A stretch of 55,719 bases of DNA from a virus (lineage: Duplodnaviria; Caudoviricetes), in the IMG/VR virus record IMGVR_UViG_3300033141_003115, positions 1-55,719 of that record; one strand, given 5' to 3'. The notes beneath the pieces are model-generated. The model saw only the letters and a program-made list of their open reading frames with translations, searched no databases and was not told the origin of the DNA. Made by a program: the position numbers and the translations under genes. Of the stretch, positions 51,492-55,719 are shown in pieces (the first letter of the stretch is position 1; the number at the start of each line of letters is the position of its first letter).

Positions 51492-52367
51492 ATGTTTGAG
51501 AAAGCAGGTATACGAAAATTTTATGATTTTTATAATCAGTGGAAAGATTTCGTGAATGGCGCACCTGTATTTGAAGTTCGATGGGATATGTTTCCAGAAA
51601 GCTCTAAACCCGAAACAATTATAATGCGTTGGCGTCCTGAAAATAACCCAGTACATTTTGATGATGGAGTACTTGTTCCTGATAAAAAAACAATAACCGT
51701 ATTAACCAATATTGAACTAATAATTAAAAGAAAATCTGATTTAGACAATATGGCAACTTATCTTGATACAAAACTTCAAGTCACTAATATTTGGATGACC
51801 TATAAGCTACAAGAAGACAAATTTATACCTACATTGATATCATGGGATTGGACACATTACTATCTCTTTGAATATTGTCTATCTAATGATCGAGATATTG
51901 AGGTGCCACCGTGGTTTTTTGATTTTCTTAAGCATGTTTTTCAGGTAAAAGTTTACCAGACTGGAACAAACATAGAACAATCTACATTTAATTTTGATCC
52001 AGATGAGTTAGTAGAAGCAGTTGTAGAATTCTACGAACAGAATAAAGATAAAACAATTATTTATGGTAATTATGATGATTTCAATGTATGGATGCTTTTG
52101 AATGATATCACATATTTGAATTTCCTTGAAGGTGTTGCACGTTTTAAAACTATTACAAAACTTTCAACAAATGCGGTTTCTTCTATACAAGCTGAAGCTA
52201 CATGGCACGAACAGATCACAGCGAATTTAATTGAGTCTGATAAGAAATTGGAGCCTGTAACATACACCTTCTTGAAAGATACATATTCTATTAAAAAGTG
52301 GCCAGCAACAATTATAGAAGGAGTTAATTTAGCCAGTATTTTACGTGAATTATACTTTGGACGGTGA
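51492..52367 (+). CDS. Hypothetical protein
   Basis: SD AAGGAGG and ATG 51492. Confidence 0.75.
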   Translation: MFEKAGIRKFYDFYNQWKDFVNGAPVFEVRWDMFPESSKPETIIMRWRPENNPVHFDDGVLVPDKKTITVLTNIELIIKRKSDLDNMATYLDTKLQVTNIWMTYKLQEDKFIPTLISWDWTHYYLFEYCLSNDRDIEVPPWFFDFLKHVFQVKVYQTGTNIEQSTFNFDPDELVEAVVEFYEQNKDKTIIYGNYDDFNVWMLLNDITYLNFLEGVARFKTITKLSTNAVSSIQAEATWHEQITANLIESDKKLEPVTYTFLKDTYSIKKWPATIIEGVNLASILRELYFGR

Positions 52368-52394
52368 GAAGATGATTAAAACCGAAGGAGTGAT

Positions 52395-52742
52395 ATGATA
52401 ATGCTATATATTACGGATCATATATGGTCTGTATTAAAAAAACGACGTTTATATGATGTATCTATTTTGTCTATTACTGAAGCAGAGGCCCGATGGATTG
52501 TTGATCAAGCCAAGAAAATACAGTGGATTATTTTTGATGACACATTGAATAATGTATTGACACATAAATTTGGCCGTAGTATCCGATCTGCAAAACAACA
52601 TATAGAATTAGGTAATGAAGACTGGGCTATAGTAATAGATTATACAGGATCGCCTTTGACAGCTACAATGACGGATATACCTGAAGATGGGTGTTTGAGG
52701 TATTGGTTAATAGTCGTAAAGGAATATAAGGAAAATGTATGA
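52395..52742 (+). CDS. DUF1874/AcrIII-1-like protein, apparently degenerate
   Basis: MLYIT...SITEAEAR...VLTHKFG...IELGNEDWAIVIDYTG...IPE...RYWLIVV matches family length and spacing, but the GH motif is absent. Confidence 0.6.
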   Translation: MIMLYITDHIWSVLKKRRLYDVSILSITEAEARWIVDQAKKIQWIIFDDTLNNVLTHKFGRSIRSAKQHIELGNEDWAIVIDYTGSPLTATMTDIPEDGCLRYWLIVVKEYKENV

Positions 52743-52779
52743 GTGTGATTCTAATGCCATAATGAAAGGAGGCTTAAAA

Positions 52780-53052
52780 ATGTTTAAATTAATTATTAAA
52801 ACGTGTTTAACACTATTAAAATTAATAGTACTGAGTATTTTAAAATTCATTAAATTCGTATGCAGGCGTTACCGTGTACCTCCTCACAGATTAGTAGATC
52901 ACGTATGGACTTCTTCACATACTGAAGCACAAATTGCAATGCAGAAATTTGCTCAAATCAAAGACCCTATAGTTGCAGAAAAGCGTAGTTACAGACATCT
53001 AATAAATCATTATAAATTATTTAAAGATGATACAGATTTGTTTGGTGATTAA
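52780..53052 (+). CDS. Small basic protein with amphipathic/hydrophobic N-terminus
   Basis: SD AGGAGG and ATG 52780. Confidence 0.65.
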   Translation: MFKLIIKTCLTLLKLIVLSILKFIKFVCRRYRVPPHRLVDHVWTSSHTEAQIAMQKFAQIKDPIVAEKRSYRHLINHYKLFKDDTDLFGD

Positions 53053-53144
53053 TGTATACATGTTTTTAGAAACTCATCTAAAGTTATAGATAATCATGAG
53101 GACCTTATTGAAACATTATCATATTTTGCAAGGAGGTGAATGAT

Positions 53145-53519
53145 ATGTCCAAAAGAAAACGTGTAAGAGTTCAATTAGATACAGAACCGTTAGAAAAACT
53201 TGTAAAGCTCACAGAAAAGTATAAGTACAAACGTTCAAACGGATGGAAATCTGTACCAGAAAGAGTAGCACGGAAGATTGTGCATGATTATTCTAACTAT
53301 TGGATCAATGTAATAGAGTCTGCAGGTCTTAAATTTGATTCTGAAAAGTATCTAATAAGAATGCCACAAATTAAGGTTTCGCCAGATATTGATAAGTTGG
53401 TATTTAAAATTCTACCACCACTATCATATTTAAGTTATAGTCCTGGAGTAGATGATACATTACCACCTAAAACATGTGAGTTTGATTCTGAGAAAGTTTT
53501 TGTAAAAAAGGAAGAATAA
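53145..53519 (+). CDS. Hypothetical basic protein
   Basis: SD AGGAGGTG and ATG 53145. Confidence 0.7.
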   Translation: MSKRKRVRVQLDTEPLEKLVKLTEKYKYKRSNGWKSVPERVARKIVHDYSNYWINVIESAGLKFDSEKYLIRMPQIKVSPDIDKLVFKILPPLSYLSYSPGVDDTLPPKTCEFDSEKVFVKKEE

Positions 53520-53531
53520 GGAGGGATTTAT

Positions 53532-53909
53532 ATGATTGCGCGTGTTTATGATGGACAAGGTTTTGTGAAAGGCACTTCTGGTACATGGGAATTCATATTA
53601 CGGAAAGAAGATTCAACGCATATACGAATTGATTGGTCATTAGATTGGATCGACGTTTATATTGAAAACAGCTTTATAGCTTCTATAACATCTCAAAGTG
53701 TATATGTTAAAGGGTCATATACATATTCAGAGGAATATAGTATTTCAGAAAAACAATATAAGTTGCGTATTGCAGACTTATTCGAAATATCGTATACCAG
53801 GGGCAAATATCCTACTAATGAACTTGATTGGATTTTGTACGTTTATAGTATAGATGGTGATTTATGGCTTGTTGTCAGCACAAAAGATAAGTCGAAAGAA
53901 GATGAATAA
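53532..53909 (+). CDS. Hypothetical beta-rich protein
   Basis: SD AGGAGGG. Confidence 0.7.
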   Translation: MIARVYDGQGFVKGTSGTWEFILRKEDSTHIRIDWSLDWIDVYIENSFIASITSQSVYVKGSYTYSEEYSISEKQYKLRIADLFEISYTRGKYPTNELDWILYVYSIDGDLWLVVSTKDKSKEDE

Positions 53910-53910
53910 G

Positions 53911-54390
53911 ATGGAGAATACATCAAAGTTAAGTATAGTACATGATTTACTTAAGATTGGAGCTTCTTTAGATGATTTAAATCCTGATCTTGTTCGGGAA
54001 GCTTTATATGAAGCCTGTGAGCAGACTATTAAGGAACAACCTAAGCAAAGAGAACTAATACGCAAATTGGCGAGCAATAAATTACTACAAAATATAGCTC
54101 GTTATTTTAATGGGGATGTTATTTTATGTGGATCAGCTTTAGCCTTGGATACACCGCGAGATATTGATCTAAGATTGGTATTATCTGAAAAAGATTTTAT
54201 TACATTTTTCGGAAGCGCAGACAAATGGACAGGACAAGGTCAAACAGGAGATTGGCAAACAGAACGCTGGATTTGGGCACGGATTTGTGCTTTATTAAGT
54301 TACTTGCTTTCCTCTGAATTAGACTTGAATATAGATTTTCAGATAATTCCGTATTCAGTGGTTGGTGTAAAAATTGATTTTGTTGATTAA
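53911..54390 (+). CDS. Minimal Pol-beta-type nucleotidyltransferase
   Basis: VILCGSA...RDIDLRLVL (GS + DxD) and a third Asp in NIDFQI. Start is uncertain (53902 or 53911). Confidence 0.7.
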   Translation: MENTSKLSIVHDLLKIGASLDDLNPDLVREALYEACEQTIKEQPKQRELIRKLASNKLLQNIARYFNGDVILCGSALALDTPRDIDLRLVLSEKDFITFFGSADKWTGQGQTGDWQTERWIWARICALLSYLLSSELDLNIDFQIIPYSVVGVKIDFVD

Positions 54391-54415
54391 TCTATAATTG
54401 CTTTTATAGTCTGTA

Positions 54416-54736
54416 ATGGGGGTGAGTGAAATGTTAAAATCACACTCGTATAATGTAACAGAATTCTTGAGTCAATATAATGTACCAGATGAGCTACTCG
54501 AATTTTTACGTTCTTATACCGAATTAGATGTAGATATTCAAATAAATCCTGAAGGTTATGAGCCTGGAGTTTATCTTTGGGTAGGAAATGAAGGTAAATC
54601 CATTGTACTGATTAAAGTCAATGATGATATTTTCTTCTCAGAGATAGGACAATGTTGGTATCGGAATAAACTACGAGATAAATCTCCTTCTATGATTCAA
54701 GATGGAGTTATTCAGTTTGCCACTAAATTGCAATGA
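54416..54736 (+). CDS. Hypothetical protein
   Basis: ORF packed in the operon; the true start may be the ATG at 54431 after GGGGGTG. Confidence 0.6.
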   Translation: MGVSEMLKSHSYNVTEFLSQYNVPDELLEFLRSYTELDVDIQINPEGYEPGVYLWVGNEGKSIVLIKVNDDIFFSEIGQCWYRNKLRDKSPSMIQDGVIQFATKLQ

Positions 54737-54765
54737 TTTGTGATGAGTTGAGGAGGTATACCAAA

Positions 54766-55131
54766 ATGGACTTGTCCAGTTCACAGAATTGTAAAGGTGT
54801 AGATTATATCATCTATGACTATGCTTATCAAGAATGGATTGCAGTAGTTACCTATGATGATAGAAGAACTGCATATCACATTGATTATGATGACGATAAT
54901 GATGTTCTATATGTATCCATAGGAAGAGCTTGTCCAGGTTATGGTGATGTGATTAATGATAACATAATAGTGCGTAGAAGTTTTAAGACTCAAAAGGTTG
55001 TAGGATATACATTTGTATGGTTCAAAAGTTTATTAGAAGATGATCAATTTTGGATTATTCTGAAATCTTTGCCACGAGGAGAAGAAATATATGAAGTTAT
55101 TAAAGCGTTTCTATCTGTGCATAAAGTGTAG
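54766..55131 (+). CDS. DUF2283-domain protein
   Basis: IDYDDDNDVLYVSIG...IIVRR...VVGYTF. Start moved to ATG 54766. Confidence 0.75.
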   Translation: MDLSSSQNCKGVDYIIYDYAYQEWIAVVTYDDRRTAYHIDYDDDNDVLYVSIGRACPGYGDVINDNIIVRRSFKTQKVVGYTFVWFKSLLEDDQFWIILKSLPRGEEIYEVIKAFLSVHKV

Positions 55132-55145
55132 AGGAGGTGAATATT

Positions 55146-55694
55146 ATGATAGAGAGTGTTTTGAAAGAGTTGGATATATTAGTTCCTACCTTAATTACAC
55201 GATTGGAAATATGGGAATCATTATTAACTTTCTTGAGTAAAAACGAAGAAACCAAGGCTTGCTATGAAGATTTATTGTATGTGTTTGACTGTTTAGCTTA
55301 CATATATGATGCAGCGACCTCGGCAACGGAGGATGAAGACTTAAAAGAAGATTTTGATGTGACAGCAGAACTGCTTTGGGATATGGTAGAGAAAGTTCGA
55401 GAACAGCAGAACAAATCAGAGGATAATTTGGATATAGATTATGATGCCGATGGTGATGTATTATACATATCTTTAGGAGAGTCTCGTAAAAGTTATGGTG
55501 AAACAGTCGGTGATTGTGTTGTAATTCGTCGAGATTCTGAAACTAAAGAAATAGTTGGATATACAATCGTAGGATTGCGTAAATGTATGGATTCTGGTAT
55601 CCTATGGAGAGAGTTAAAATTAGCACCAGAAGGTGATAAAATTAGGGATATTATTGAAAAATGGAATAAAGATCAAATTTATCGAGTTGAATAG
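55146..55694 (+). CDS. DUF2283-domain protein with helical N-terminal extension
   Basis: IDYDADGDVLYISLG...VVIRRD...IVGYTI. Start moved to ATG 55146. Confidence 0.75.
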   Translation: MIESVLKELDILVPTLITRLEIWESLLTFLSKNEETKACYEDLLYVFDCLAYIYDAATSATEDEDLKEDFDVTAELLWDMVEKVREQQNKSEDNLDIDYDADGDVLYISLGESRKSYGETVGDCVVIRRDSETKEIVGYTIVGLRKCMDSGILWRELKLAPEGDKIRDIIEKWNKDQIYRVE

Positions 55695-55719
55695 ATAAAA
55701 GCGCACGCATTTATCGAAT

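Noticed and set aside
51492-52367. Possible internal duplication (WKDFVNGAPVF versus YLNFLEGVARF)
   Set aside because: The similarity is too short to support by eye.
1-55719. CRISPR array, tRNA, integrase, intron/intein or stop-codon recoding
   Set aside because: No spaced repeats or cloverleaf seen, terminase/helicase/polymerase have ordinary lengths, and TAA, TAG and TGA all end genes with dense standard-code packing.
1-55719. Host assignment (e.g. thermophilic anaerobe, Thermotogota or Bacillota)
   Set aside because: Low GC, strong GGAGG SD sites and DUF1874/DUF2283 content are only suggestive; nothing in the window identifies the host.

Overview
The whole window is part of one AT-rich, long-tailed dsDNA phage genome (siphovirus-type), organised as two divergent arms. 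The minus strand (1-33292) carries morphogenesis genes: small and large terminase, portal, protease/scaffold, major capsid, neck, tail tube, chaperones, a ~3250-aa tape measure and tail-tip proteins. The plus strand (33838-55694) carries a T4-like recombination/replication module (Sak/Rad52-like, UvsW, UvsY, gp32-like SSB, RecA/UvsX, Mre11/Rad50, resolvase, DnaB, PolA, primase) followed by an accessory cluster. Between the arms lies an AT-rich region of concentric inverted repeats. Most notable: (1) two apparently catalytically degenerate AcrIII-1/DUF1874-like domains, one fused to a lytic transglycosylase, in a cluster with a minimal nucleotidyltransferase, an XRE-like HTH and tandem DUF2283 proteins; (2) PolA with an N-terminal pseudo-UDG domain that keeps its four Fe-S cysteines; (3) a small beta-module apparently inserted into several virion proteins; (4) a structured leader where the tail-chaperone frameshift normally sits. 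No integrase, tRNA, CRISPR array or reverse transcriptase was seen. All family calls come from motif recognition by eye; no database search was run. Several start codons were moved from the ORF track to match Shine-Dalgarno (SD) sites.
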